Shown: in pieces, positions 1 through 9,543 of the stretch | Layout: every line of letters starts with the position of its first letter | Position numbering within the stretch: position 1 is the stretch's first letter | DNA from: Campylobacterota bacterium | Lineage (GTDB): Bacteria > Campylobacterota > Campylobacteria > Campylobacterales > Arcobacteraceae | NCBI GenBank assembly: GCA_051746405.1 | Contig: JBNJFB010000020.1 | Location: 1 to 42,307 of the forward strand | DNA: 42,307 nt | Direction of reading: 5' to 3' | Translations under genes and position numbers: made by a program | The notes under the pieces: generated by a model | The model's database searches: none | Told to the model about the DNA's origin: nothing | The model's input: only the letters and a program-made list of their open reading frames with translations

Positions 1-83
1 CTCCATTCCGAACCCGGAAGTCAAGCGCTTCATCGCTGATAATACTGCAGGTTTCACTTGTGGAAACGTAGGCCGCTGCCAGC
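1..83 (+). rRNA. rrf: 5S rRNA, 3' part (truncated by window start)
   Basis: CCATTCCGAACCCGGAAGTCAAGC...GATAATACTG...GGAAACGTAGGCCGCTGCCAG matches the conserved 5S rRNA core. The 3' end is approximate. Confidence 0.93.
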
Positions 84-105
84 TTCTGAGTATTTTATTC
101 TAATT

Positions 106-160
106 AAAAGCTTTTATCTATTTGAACTTACTCGTTCTTTTAGATAGAAGCTTTTTTTTT
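106..160 (+). terminator. Intrinsic terminator downstream of the 5S rRNA
   Basis: AAAAGCTTTTATCTA (106-120) pairs with TAGATAGAAGCTTTT (141-155) with one G-U pair, followed by a T run. Confidence 0.75.
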
Positions 161-185
161 GTCTGGCTTTTTTCTTCTATCGTTT

Positions 186-896
186 TTATTTTATAGCATT
201 AAACCACTTTTCTAAAAACTCTTTTCTACTATATTTAATTGCTCCTATATCAAACTTATACTGCATATATGGATGTCCTAAATTCCAAAACATATATGAG
301 TTGTCTTGTAAGTATTTAGCTGTTAATATTAATTGTAGTTTCCCATAATCTCTATATCTTCTATCTTTTGAGCTAAATCCTGTAAGGGATGTATAGGTTT
401 TTCCAATTTTGTAACCTATCTCACCTGCTATTGGCTCTTTTGTTTTAGAGTCGGTTACTAAAAATGTTTTAATAGAAAAACTATCTTTTATAGGGTTATA
501 GTATAAATCTTTAATAAGATTTTTATACTCTTTTACTAACCAGTTTGGATTATGGTATTTATCTAGATATTTAAATACTACTTCAATATCTTTATTAATG
601 TTAAAATCAAAACTATTTTTATTTAAAAGCTTTTTTACTTTTTTACTAATATGTAAGTTATCAAAATATAATAGTGCATACTCATACTGTATTTCAGGTA
701 ATAAATATAATTTTTGCTCATTTATTATAGAGGTTGAAATAAAACCAAGACTGCATAAATCAATATAAAACTCTTTGGAAAAATCATCAGTAAAATAGTA
801 GTTGTTCTCTAAATTATTGTATATATTGTTTATTAAAATATCTTTATTTAATATATCTTGATATCTTATATAAAATATTGTATTTTCTATACTCAT
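186..896 (-). CDS. Leucyl/phenylalanyl-tRNA-protein transferase-like (GNAT-fold) protein
   Basis: LHISKKVKKLL..FDFNINKD and AGEIGYKIGKTYTSLTGF..YGKLQL resemble Aat-family segments, but the protein is divergent. Confidence 0.6.
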   Translation of the reverse strand: MSIENTIFYIRYQDILNKDILINNIYNNLENNYYFTDDFSKEFYIDLCSLGFISTSIINEQKLYLLPEIQYEYALLYFDNLHISKKVKKLLNKNSFDFNINKDIEVVFKYLDKYHNPNWLVKEYKNLIKDLYYNPIKDSFSIKTFLVTDSKTKEPIAGEIGYKIGKTYTSLTGFSSKDRRYRDYGKLQLILTAKYLQDNSYMFWNLGHPYMQYKFDIGAIKYSRKEFLEKWFNAIK

Positions 897-964
897 ATCT
901 ATCTTTATTAAAATTTAGTTTAGTGAATTTGCGTATAATTACATAAAATAACGCAAGGAGAAGT

Positions 965-3736
965 TTGAATAAATTAATAGTTAATTCCCAATCTTCAAAT
1001 CTTTATAATTATATAATAAAACTTTTAAATGAATGTAATAGTTTTACTATTAATGTTGCATTTATTAATTTTTCTGGTGTTCAGCTACTACTTAACTGTT
1101 TTAAAGAGTTAGAAAAAAAAGGTGTAAAGGGTAAAATATTAACCTCCACATATTTGAATTTTACTGAAGCTAAAGCTTTATATAAACTATTAGAGTTTAA
1201 GAATATAGAATTAAAAATCTATGATTCTAATTTAAATAATAAAGGATTCCACTCAAAAGCATATATCTTTGAGTTTGATAATGAGTACAAAACTGTTATT
1301 GGCTCTTCAAATATTACTTCAAGTGCTTTTAAATCAAATATAGAGTGGAATCAACTATATACTTGTAGTAAAGATGATATATTTTTAAAAGAGTTACAAA
1401 AAGAGTTTAATATTCTATGGAACGAATCTTTAGATGTTAATTTTAGGTTTATTTCACAGTATGAAAAGCAAATCAATAATTTACAAATAGATAGTGACTC
1501 TTATGAAAATGAAATAAAAGTAAATTCTATGCAAGAAAATGCATTGCAAAAACTAACTAATTTAAGAAAACAAAACGAGAATAAAGCATTAGTAATTGCT
1601 GCAACTGGAACAGGTAAAACATATTTAGCAGCTTTTGATGTAAAAAACTATCAACCAAAAAAATTACTTTTCCTTGCACATAGGGAGAATATATTAATCA
1701 AAGCAAAAGAGAGTTTTAAAAATATAAATAAGAAAGTAACTTTAGGTCTATTTTCAGGTAGAAAAAAAGAGTTGAAGTGTGATTATTTATTTGCAACTAT
1801 TCAATCTATGTTAAATAATACAAACTTGTTTAATAAAAATGAGTTTGATTATATTATTGTTGATGAAGCTCATCATATTTCTAGTAATAGTTATATAAAG
1901 ATATTAAGATATTTTAACTATAGTTTTTTACTTGGATTAACTGCAACTCCAAGCAGAATGGATAATCAAAATATTTATGACTATTTTGATGATAATGTGG
2001 CTTGTAATATTAGAATTCAAGAAGCATTAGATAGTAATCTTATAGTGCCATTTCACTATTATGGTATCAAAGATGCTAGTTGTATTGATTATGAGGGGTA
2101 CGATTTAAATAATATCAAGCAATTAACTAGACTATTAATGGTAAATAGAAGAGTTGATTATATTATTGAAAAAATGAAATTCTATGGATTTAGTGGAATA
2201 AAAAGAAAAGTTTTAGCTTTTTGTATCTCAAAAGAGCACTGCATATATATGAAAAATGAGTTTAACTCTAGGGGTATAATAAGTGAAAGCTTAACAAGTG
2301 AAGACTCTATTTTAACAAGAGAAGAGGCTATAGCTAAGTTACAGAATGAGTCTGATAGCTTAGAAGTTATTTTTTGTGTAGATATTTTTAATGAGGGAGT
2401 TGATATACCCTCAATAAATACAATTTTAATGTTAAGGCCAACTGACTCTTCAATTATTTTTACTCAACAATTAGGTAGAGGTTTAAGAAAATATAATAAC
2501 AAAGAGTTTTTAACAGTAATAGATTTTATTGGAAATTATAAAAGAGCATTTTTAATAGCTATTGCAATGCTTGGAGATAAAAAAATAGATAAAGATAGTG
2601 TAAAAATATCTGTAGTTGATAATTTTGCAATTTTAAAAAATGCTCATATTAATTTTGATTCTATATCAAAAGAGAGAATTTTAAAACAAATTGATAATCA
2701 AAATTTTAATAGCTTTAGTTTTTTAAAAGAGAGTTATTTTAAATTTAAAGAGCTATTAGGTAAAAAAATTCCAATGATGAGTGACTATTTAGCTTATGAT
2801 GATTTGCTTGATCCATTAAAGTTTATAAACTATAGTAAGTCATATATAGAGTTTTTATTAAAGATAGAAGATAAAAAAGAGATAAACTGTTTTAAAGAAG
2901 ATATTATATTTATAAAAATTATTAGATTTATTGAGTATTTATTGCCAATTAAAAGAGTTTATGAGTTTGTAATATTACAAACTCTTTTAGAAAATAGATC
3001 AATAACTAAAGATTTTTTATATAAAAAACTACAAAAAAGACAAGAAGTAGTTGATATGAGTATATTAAATCATGCTATAAAATTTCTAGAGCAAGATTTT
3101 TTTGATAGTAGTCAGCTTTCTAAATATGAAAAATTAATATATCAAAAAAATGAAAAGATATATAAAACCTCTAACTTTATTAATACTCTTAAGTGCAGTG
3201 AGTATAAAAAGTTTATTAATGAGTCCTTAGTATATGGCATTATGGAGTATGAAAAAAGATTTTCTAATAAATATTATGGGGTTCCATTTTTTAAGCTATA
3301 TGAACAGTATAATATGATGAATATTGCACAGTTATCTAACTTTGATAAGATACACTCCTCTTTTAGAGGCAGTGGCTTTTTAAAGTTTAAAAATGATTTC
3401 TTTCTTTTTATAACAATAGAAAAAGATAAATTCTCAAAAGCTGCAAAGTATCAAAATAGTTTTACAAGTAAAGATATTTTTAGTTATTTTAGTAAGCCTA
3501 CACAAAGTAGCCATAAAGGTGATGGCTTAAAGTTGGTTCACAATAAAAAGTATGACATAAAGCTTCATATATTTGTAAGAAAGTTTGTTGAAGTTGATAA
3601 AAAACGACAAAAATTTATATATTTGGGACTAGCAAATACACTTAGTCACAAAAACTCTAAACCTGTGGAAGTAAAACTTAAACTAGAAAAGCCATTAACA
3701 GATAAACTTTTTGAAGAGTTCACAAAATTAGTTTAG
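965..3736 (+). CDS. PLD-nuclease / SF2 (DEAH) helicase / DUF3427-like fusion, putative restriction-like defence protein
   Basis: N-terminal HSKAYIFE..IGSSNIT..NIEWN (PLD HKD variant), Walker A AATGTGKT, DEAHH, TATP and QQLGRGLR, with a C-terminal LHIFVRK..FIYLG. TTG start with AAGGAG RBS. Confidence 0.85.
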   Translation: MNKLIVNSQSSNLYNYIIKLLNECNSFTINVAFINFSGVQLLLNCFKELEKKGVKGKILTSTYLNFTEAKALYKLLEFKNIELKIYDSNLNNKGFHSKAYIFEFDNEYKTVIGSSNITSSAFKSNIEWNQLYTCSKDDIFLKELQKEFNILWNESLDVNFRFISQYEKQINNLQIDSDSYENEIKVNSMQENALQKLTNLRKQNENKALVIAATGTGKTYLAAFDVKNYQPKKLLFLAHRENILIKAKESFKNINKKVTLGLFSGRKKELKCDYLFATIQSMLNNTNLFNKNEFDYIIVDEAHHISSNSYIKILRYFNYSFLLGLTATPSRMDNQNIYDYFDDNVACNIRIQEALDSNLIVPFHYYGIKDASCIDYEGYDLNNIKQLTRLLMVNRRVDYIIEKMKFYGFSGIKRKVLAFCISKEHCIYMKNEFNSRGIISESLTSEDSILTREEAIAKLQNESDSLEVIFCVDIFNEGVDIPSINTILMLRPTDSSIIFTQQLGRGLRKYNNKEFLTVIDFIGNYKRAFLIAIAMLGDKKIDKDSVKISVVDNFAILKNAHINFDSISKERILKQIDNQNFNSFSFLKESYFKFKELLGKKIPMMSDYLAYDDLLDPLKFINYSKSYIEFLLKIEDKKEINCFKEDIIFIKIIRFIEYLLPIKRVYEFVILQTLLENRSITKDFLYKKLQKRQEVVDMSILNHAIKFLEQDFFDSSQLSKYEKLIYQKNEKIYKTSNFINTLKCSEYKKFINESLVYGIMEYEKRFSNKYYGVPFFKLYEQYNMMNIAQLSNFDKIHSSFRGSGFLKFKNDFFLFITIEKDKFSKAAKYQNSFTSKDIFSYFSKPTQSSHKGDGLKLVHNKKYDIKLHIFVRKFVEVDKKRQKFIYLGLANTLSHKNSKPVEVKLKLEKPLTDKLFEEFTKLV

Positions 3737-3842
3737 TTTACAATAGTTATATCTTTATTGCTATTTGTATGCTGTTATAATAGTCTATAATTTAACTTCA
3801 AACTTTACAAATAAATATATTATAAGATAAGGAAATTTCATC

Positions 3843-4844
3843 GTGGTTAAACGAGTTTATAGTCATAGTTCAAGGGTATTAAATTTTGAGTTTGTGCAGA
3901 ATAAAGAAGATTTTATTGTTCAAGAAACGCCTATTTATTTCACACAAAAAGGTAACTTTTTAATACTTAAAATTAAAAAAACTAATATGGATACATGGGA
4001 ACTAATAGATATATTTGCAAAATTTTTAAATATTTTTAGCAACGAAATCGGTTACGCTGGATTAAAAGATAAAAAAGCAACTACTACTCAGTATATATCA
4101 ATTCCAAAAAGATTTACTAAAAATATTAAAGGTTTTAGTCATAATAAAATAGAGATATTAGAGACTTATTTACATAATAAGAGTTTAAATATAGGTGACT
4201 TAAAAGGTAACCATTTTAAAATAAATTTATATAAAGTTTCTGTTGATGATTTAAACTATATTCAGAGAAGATTGAAAGTAATCACTAAAAAAGGGTTACT
4301 AAACTATTTTGGATTTCAACGGTTTGGTATTGATATGCAGGAGAATTTAATTAAAGCAAAAAAGATAATAGATGGTGACTTATTTGTAAAAGATAGAAAA
4401 CTAAATAAAATGCTAATTATGTCATATCAAAGTAGTTTTTTTAATTCATGGTTAGTTCATAGGTTTAAGGCATCTAATGAGTTTTTTGATTTGATAGATG
4501 GTGATGTATTTCTTGATGTTAAAAAAGATAAATACTTTACACCAAAATCTTTAAATGAGGCTATTATTAACAGCTATATAAATAAAGATATAATTCCAAC
4601 AGGACTATTACCTGGTAGAAGAGTATTTAGAGCAATAGGTCATGCAAGACAAATAGAGAAAAAGTTTGATGATGAGTATGTACAAGAGAAGGGGTATAGG
4701 CGAGAGGCTATTGTTTATCCTAAGGATATTGATTGTAAATATTCAAATGATTTACAGAAGTGTACTTTGAGTTTTTCATTGCCAAAAGGCTCTTACGCTA
4801 CAGTTTTAATTGAAGCAATTGCAAATAAGAATTTCTCTTCATAA
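3843..4844 (+). CDS. truD: tRNA pseudouridine(13) synthase TruD
   Basis: EDFIVQE, YAGLKDKKATTTQYIS, GNHFKI, NYFGFQRFG and FSLPKGSYAT motifs. Confidence 0.95.
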   Translation: MVKRVYSHSSRVLNFEFVQNKEDFIVQETPIYFTQKGNFLILKIKKTNMDTWELIDIFAKFLNIFSNEIGYAGLKDKKATTTQYISIPKRFTKNIKGFSHNKIEILETYLHNKSLNIGDLKGNHFKINLYKVSVDDLNYIQRRLKVITKKGLLNYFGFQRFGIDMQENLIKAKKIIDGDLFVKDRKLNKMLIMSYQSSFFNSWLVHRFKASNEFFDLIDGDVFLDVKKDKYFTPKSLNEAIINSYINKDIIPTGLLPGRRVFRAIGHARQIEKKFDDEYVQEKGYRREAIVYPKDIDCKYSNDLQKCTLSFSLPKGSYATVLIEAIANKNFSS

Positions 4845-4864
4845 ACTTAAAAAATTAAGTTTAT
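4841..4864. terminator. Possible bidirectional terminator between convergent genes
   Basis: Perfect 10-bp inverted repeat ATAAACTTAA-AAAA-TTAAGTTTAT spanning both stop codons. The stem is AT-rich and therefore weak. Confidence 0.4.
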
Positions 4865-5847
4865 GGAAGAGTTATATGGTTATTTGAAAAGTAGATTTTA
4901 TTATCTATAACTATCAATCTATCAGTATTAGTAAAATTAAAATCTAATATTTCACTTTTATTAAAGTTTGTATCAGTTTTTATAACATAACCTTGTGATT
5001 CAATAGCATAAATATTACTATTATTATAAGCTAATGCATGAATTTTTGAGTATTTGAATTTTTGAGTATTTAACTCATTTAAGTCAAGTGATAGTTTTAT
5101 AACTCTTCCATCTATGGTGGCTAAATATATAAAACTATTTTCTAAAATCAAATCTCTAATTTCATAATCTTGTGATAAAACTTCTTGTGGTGAAATGGAA
5201 ACAATTTTATTTGCAGTTGCTGTTATTAGAGTTTGAGTCTCTTCATCAATTTCTAGGAAGATTATATTATTAAATTGCCCATCAGGGTCAACTGATATAG
5301 TTCTAACAGACTTAAAGTTTTGTGCAGAAACAATTACAATTTTACCATTTAATGTTGGAAATAAAATAAGATTTCCCATAAAGTATGGATTAACTAATCT
5401 AGTGTCATTTGCTAATGACTTAATTAAATACTCTTTAAATACTGTTTTATTAGTATTTGTATCTATTAACTCAATAGAGTTATTTGAGTACAGAATAGCT
5501 AGTATATTGCCTTTTAGTGATGCACCAACTACAACATCATTTACTTCTATTTTCTTATCACCAACTAATATCTTATCTTTTTTATTAGTAGCAATTACCT
5601 TTTGTGTATCAGATAGATTTAGAAACTCAAAGCCTTCAGGTAATTGTTTTTTAGAAATCCCATTTTTTGATATAAACTCTTGAGATTCTAGTGTGGCCCC
5701 TGCTCTATTTATTGATTTTATTTCTGATGGTAAAGAGTTATAAGTTGAAACAAAATCACCTTTTACATTTTTAGGCTCAAAATATTTTTTTGATGAGCAA
5801 CCTACAAAAACAAATACTATAGCCAATATAGATAAAATAAATTTCAT
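4861..5847 (-). CDS. Lipoprotein, probable beta-propeller (BamB/PQQ-like)
   Basis: Lipobox FVGC after a hydrophobic signal. Repeated beta-blade-like segments (LILFPTLNGKIVIV, IYLATIDGRVIKL, IYAIESQGYVI). Confidence 0.6.
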   Translation of the reverse strand: MKFILSILAIVFVFVGCSSKKYFEPKNVKGDFVSTYNSLPSEIKSINRAGATLESQEFISKNGISKKQLPEGFEFLNLSDTQKVIATNKKDKILVGDKKIEVNDVVVGASLKGNILAILYSNNSIELIDTNTNKTVFKEYLIKSLANDTRLVNPYFMGNLILFPTLNGKIVIVSAQNFKSVRTISVDPDGQFNNIIFLEIDEETQTLITATANKIVSISPQEVLSQDYEIRDLILENSFIYLATIDGRVIKLSLDLNELNTQKFKYSKIHALAYNNSNIYAIESQGYVIKTDTNFNKSEILDFNFTNTDRLIVIDNKIYFSNNHITLP

Positions 5848-5855
5848 TTTCTACC

Positions 5856-6425
5856 TTACTTTACAATTAAATGGTGTTGTAAAAGCTTAGTTAGTTCATA
5901 AGCTTTTGAACTTTTTGGAATTAGTTTTAAAGCTGTTTTAGCCTCTTCATATTTCTCTTGTTTTGTTAGTAGTAAAGCCCTATTAAAAATAGCAAACTCT
6001 TTTAATAAAAAGTTGTTTTGCATTGATAACTCATTTAGAAGCTTTAAATCTTTCTCATTTAAGGCTTTATTATAAATTGATAGCTCTTTTAGGTACTTTA
6101 CTTCAGTAATCTTGCTTTTATCGTTCATATAAAGTGCAACTTCATATAGCTTTTTATTAGTCTCTTTAAGCTCTTTTAATGCAGCTTCATCTTTTGGGTT
6201 TTTCATGATTTTTTCAAATGCAATATTTGCTTTAATCTTATTTTGTTCACTCACATATGAGTTTACACCATAGCCAATTAAAAGTATAATTATTAAACCT
6301 ATTATACCAAATATTGGAAATTTATATTTTTTGTAAAATCTCTCAACTTTTACAAAACTTTCAAGGAACTTTTCTTGATTACTCAGTTCACTTTTAACGT
6401 AGTTGACATTTTCTTTCATGCTCAT
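5856..6425 (-). CDS. Single-TM TPR-like protein (YfgM-like)
   Basis: Start revised to the ATG at 6425 (GAGG RBS upstream). Basic stretch, one TM helix, then a helical TPR-like C-terminus (ALLLTKQEKYEEAKTALKLI). Confidence 0.6.
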   Translation of the reverse strand: MSMKENVNYVKSELSNQEKFLESFVKVERFYKKYKFPIFGIIGLIIILLIGYGVNSYVSEQNKIKANIAFEKIMKNPKDEAALKELKETNKKLYEVALYMNDKSKITEVKYLKELSIYNKALNEKDLKLLNELSMQNNFLLKEFAIFNRALLLTKQEKYEEAKTALKLIPKSSKAYELTKLLQHHLIVK

Positions 6426-6537
6426 AACTATTACCTCTTTAAAAATATACAATATAGTACAAAATTTTATATAAAATCTTACTTTTATAATATTTTTTGT
6501 ATAATTTATATCTATTATTTAAAAAAGGTCTATTCAT

Positions 6538-7824
6538 ATGAAAAAAATATTATTAATTAGTGTATTGATTATATCTGTCACTCAATCACTCTTTGCAAAA
6601 GATGAACAATTAGAGGATAGTAAAGAGCCTACAAGGTTTGAGTCACTATCAAAACTTACAAAAGTAATTGGCACCGTTGAAAAATATTATGTAGATGATA
6701 TTGAGTTGCAAGAGGTTGTAGATAAAGCCTTGAAAGGTTTAATGAAAGAGCTTGATGCACACTCTAGTTTTCTTGATAAAAGCTCTTCAAAAGAGATGCA
6801 AGTTCAAACTAAAGGTGAGTTTGGAGGTTTAGGTATTACTGTTGGAATGAGAGATGGGGCATTAACAGTAATCTCTCCAATTGATAATACACCTGCTTAT
6901 AAAGCGGGTATAAAAGCATCTGATATTATTTTAAAAATTGATGAAAAAGCTACATTAAATATGACTTTAGAAGAAGCAGTCTCTTTAATGAGAGGTAAAC
7001 CTAAGACAGACATAGTTTTAACTATAGTAAGAGAAGGTGAAAGAAAACCTCTTAAAATCAAGATTACAAGAGATATTATAGAGATACAATCAGTATTTTC
7101 AAAAACTATAGAAGATGAGAATCTTTTATATATAAGAGTTACAAGTTTTGATGAAAAGGCTGTAGATGGAATTAAAGAAGCTATAAACAAAAATAAAAAA
7201 GTTGATGGAATAATCCTTGATTTAAGAAATAATCCAGGTGGACTGTTATCTCAAGCTATTGGCGTTTCAGATATCTTTATAAAAGAGGGTATAATAGTAT
7301 CTCAAAAGGGAAGAGATGAACAAAATGAAGAGATATTTGAAGCTAAAAAATCAAATACAATAAGCAATCATCCCCTTGTAACACTTGTTAATGGTGGATC
7401 AGCCTCAGCATCTGAAATTGTAAGTGGTGCCTTACAAGATCATAAAAGATCAGTAGTTGTAGGTGAGCAGACTTTTGGAAAAGGTTCAGTTCAAGCAGTG
7501 CTTCCTATTACAAGTGATAGAAGTGAAAATATAAAACTAACTATTGCAAAGTATTACTTACCTAATGGAAGAACAATACAAGCAAAGGGTATTAGCCCTG
7601 ATATTATTGCTCATGCAGGAGACGTTACAGCTGAGAAAAATGCAGATTTAAAAATCAAAGAAGCAGATTTAAAAAAGCACTTAGAGGGTGAACTTCAAAA
7701 AGAAGAAAAGAAGAAAAAAATTACAAAAGATCAAGAAGATATAGTAACTAAAGAACAAATAGTAAGTGACAATCAACTAAATACAGCAATTGGGATACTA
7801 AAAAGTTTGATTATTATGAAATAG
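6538..7824 (+). CDS. ctpA: Carboxyl-terminal processing protease (S41, PDZ)
   Basis: GEFGGLGI PDZ entry, LDLRNNPGG, SASASEI and TFGKGSVQ. Confidence 0.93.
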   Translation: MKKILLISVLIISVTQSLFAKDEQLEDSKEPTRFESLSKLTKVIGTVEKYYVDDIELQEVVDKALKGLMKELDAHSSFLDKSSSKEMQVQTKGEFGGLGITVGMRDGALTVISPIDNTPAYKAGIKASDIILKIDEKATLNMTLEEAVSLMRGKPKTDIVLTIVREGERKPLKIKITRDIIEIQSVFSKTIEDENLLYIRVTSFDEKAVDGIKEAINKNKKVDGIILDLRNNPGGLLSQAIGVSDIFIKEGIIVSQKGRDEQNEEIFEAKKSNTISNHPLVTLVNGGSASASEIVSGALQDHKRSVVVGEQTFGKGSVQAVLPITSDRSENIKLTIAKYYLPNGRTIQAKGISPDIIAHAGDVTAEKNADLKIKEADLKKHLEGELQKEEKKKKITKDQEDIVTKEQIVSDNQLNTAIGILKSLIIMK

Positions 7825-7857
7825 TTAAATAAAACTTAATGAAAGGAAGATATATTT

Positions 7858-8571
7858 ATGGAGAAGATTGAGCTTCTATATGAGGGCAAAGCAAAAAAGA
7901 TTTGGAAAACTGCTGATGAAACAGTATTAATTTCTGAATTTAAAGACTCATTAACAGCGTTTAATGGAGAGAAAAAAGCAAATGAAGTTGGAAAAGGTGC
8001 ACTAAACAATAAAATATCAACTGAACTTTTTAAGCTTTTAAGTGAAGAAGGAATAACAACTCACTATATTGAAATGCTTGATGATAATCATATGCTACAT
8101 AAAGCATGTGAAGTTATTAATATAGAAGTTATTGTAAGAAATATTGCAACTGGATCTTTAAGTAAAAACCTTGGTATTGAAAATGGAAAAGTATTGCCTT
8201 TTACATTAGTTGAGTTTGATTATAAAAATGACCAATTAGGTGATCCAAAGCTAAATGACCAACATGCATTGATTCTAGGCTTAGTTGATTATCAAGATGA
8301 ATTAGATAAATTAAGAAGAGTAGCAAGGCAAATAAATGATATTTTAAAACCTTACTTTTTTAATAAAGGGTTAAATTTAGTTGATTTTAAATTAGAGTTT
8401 GGAAAAGACAAAGAGGGAAATATTATATTAATTGATGAGTTAAGTCCTGATAACTGTAGGTTTTGGGATGTAAGTTCAGGTGAATCTTTTGATAAAGATA
8501 GATTTAGACAAGGAAAAGGTGGACTAAAAGTTGCCTATGAACAAGTATTAGATAGAATTCTAAATAATTAA
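7858..8571 (+). CDS. purC: SAICAR synthase
   Basis: [36 protein letters not shown] and DKDRFR. Confidence 0.97.
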   Translation: MEKIELLYEGKAKKIWKTADETVLISEFKDSLTAFNGEKKANEVGKGALNNKISTELFKLLSEEGITTHYIEMLDDNHMLHKACEVINIEVIVRNIATGSLSKNLGIENGKVLPFTLVEFDYKNDQLGDPKLNDQHALILGLVDYQDELDKLRRVARQINDILKPYFFNKGLNLVDFKLEFGKDKEGNIILIDELSPDNCRFWDVSSGESFDKDRFRQGKGGLKVAYEQVLDRILNN

Positions 8572-8586
8572 AAGTAGGAGAGAAAA

Positions 8587-8832
8587 TTGAAAGCAATAGT
8601 AAATGTGGCGTTAAAACAGGGTGTTTTAGATGATCAAGGTAAAGCAACTCATCATGCTTTAGATACACTAGGTTTTAAAGAGGTTGTAAGTGATGTTAGA
8701 ATTGGAAAACAGATTATAATGGAATTAAAATCTAGTGATGAACAAGAAGCTAGAAAAGAGGTTGTTCAAATGTGTGAGAAACTTTTGGCTAATACTGTTA
8801 TTGAAGATTATGAAATTAAGATAGTGAGTTAA
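8587..8832 (+). CDS. purS: FGAM synthase subunit PurS
   Basis: LKQGVLDDQG, VRIGK and LLANTVIEDY; lies between purC and purQ. Confidence 0.95.
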   Translation: MKAIVNVALKQGVLDDQGKATHHALDTLGFKEVVSDVRIGKQIIMELKSSDEQEARKEVVQMCEKLLANTVIEDYEIKIVS

Positions 8833-8833
8833 T

Positions 8834-9505
8834 ATGAAAATTTCTGTATTGCAATTTCCAGGGACAAACTGTGAGTATGATACTCAATATGCATTTGAAA
8901 AAATAGGTGCTAAAGTTGAAATAGTATGGCATAAAAATACAAAATTGCCAAAAGATACTGATTTGCTTGTAATTCCAGGTGGTTTTTCATATGGTGATTA
9001 TTTAAGGTCAGGAGCAATAGCTAGATTTGCGAATATTATGGATTCGGTAAAAGAGTTTGCTAATAATGGTGGCAAAATTCTTGGTATTTGTAATGGATTT
9101 CAAATATTATTAGAAGCAGGATTATTACCAGGAGCAATGAAAAGAAATGACTCTCTTCATTTTATTTCAAAATATAATAATTTAAAGGTGATAAATAATG
9201 ATAATAGTTTTTTATCATTGATGAAAAAAGATGAAATCGTAAATATACCAGTTGCACATCATGATGGTAACTATTTTATTGATGAGAATGGTTTAAAAGA
9301 TTTAGAGGCAAATAATCAAATCTTATTAAAATATTGTGATAAAAATGAAAAAGTGATGAACTTAAATGGTTCAGTTTCAAATATCGCAGGTATTTGTAAT
9401 AAGCAAAAAAATATTTTTGGTCTTATGCCTCATCCTGAAAGAGCTATTGAACAGTTGCTTGGTTGTGATGATGGTGTTAGAATGCTTAAAGGGTTTTTAC
9501 AATAA
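8834..9505 (+). CDS. purQ: FGAM synthase glutaminase subunit PurQ
   Basis: FPGTNC, PGGFSYGDYLR, GICNGFQIL and MPHPER. Confidence 0.97.
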   Translation: MKISVLQFPGTNCEYDTQYAFEKIGAKVEIVWHKNTKLPKDTDLLVIPGGFSYGDYLRSGAIARFANIMDSVKEFANNGGKILGICNGFQILLEAGLLPGAMKRNDSLHFISKYNNLKVINNDNSFLSLMKKDEIVNIPVAHHDGNYFIDENGLKDLEANNQILLKYCDKNEKVMNLNGSVSNIAGICNKQKNIFGLMPHPERAIEQLLGCDDGVRMLKGFLQ

Positions 9506-9543
9506 AGAAGATAGCTTGCTTGCTACTTCTTAAAAGAGTTAAT

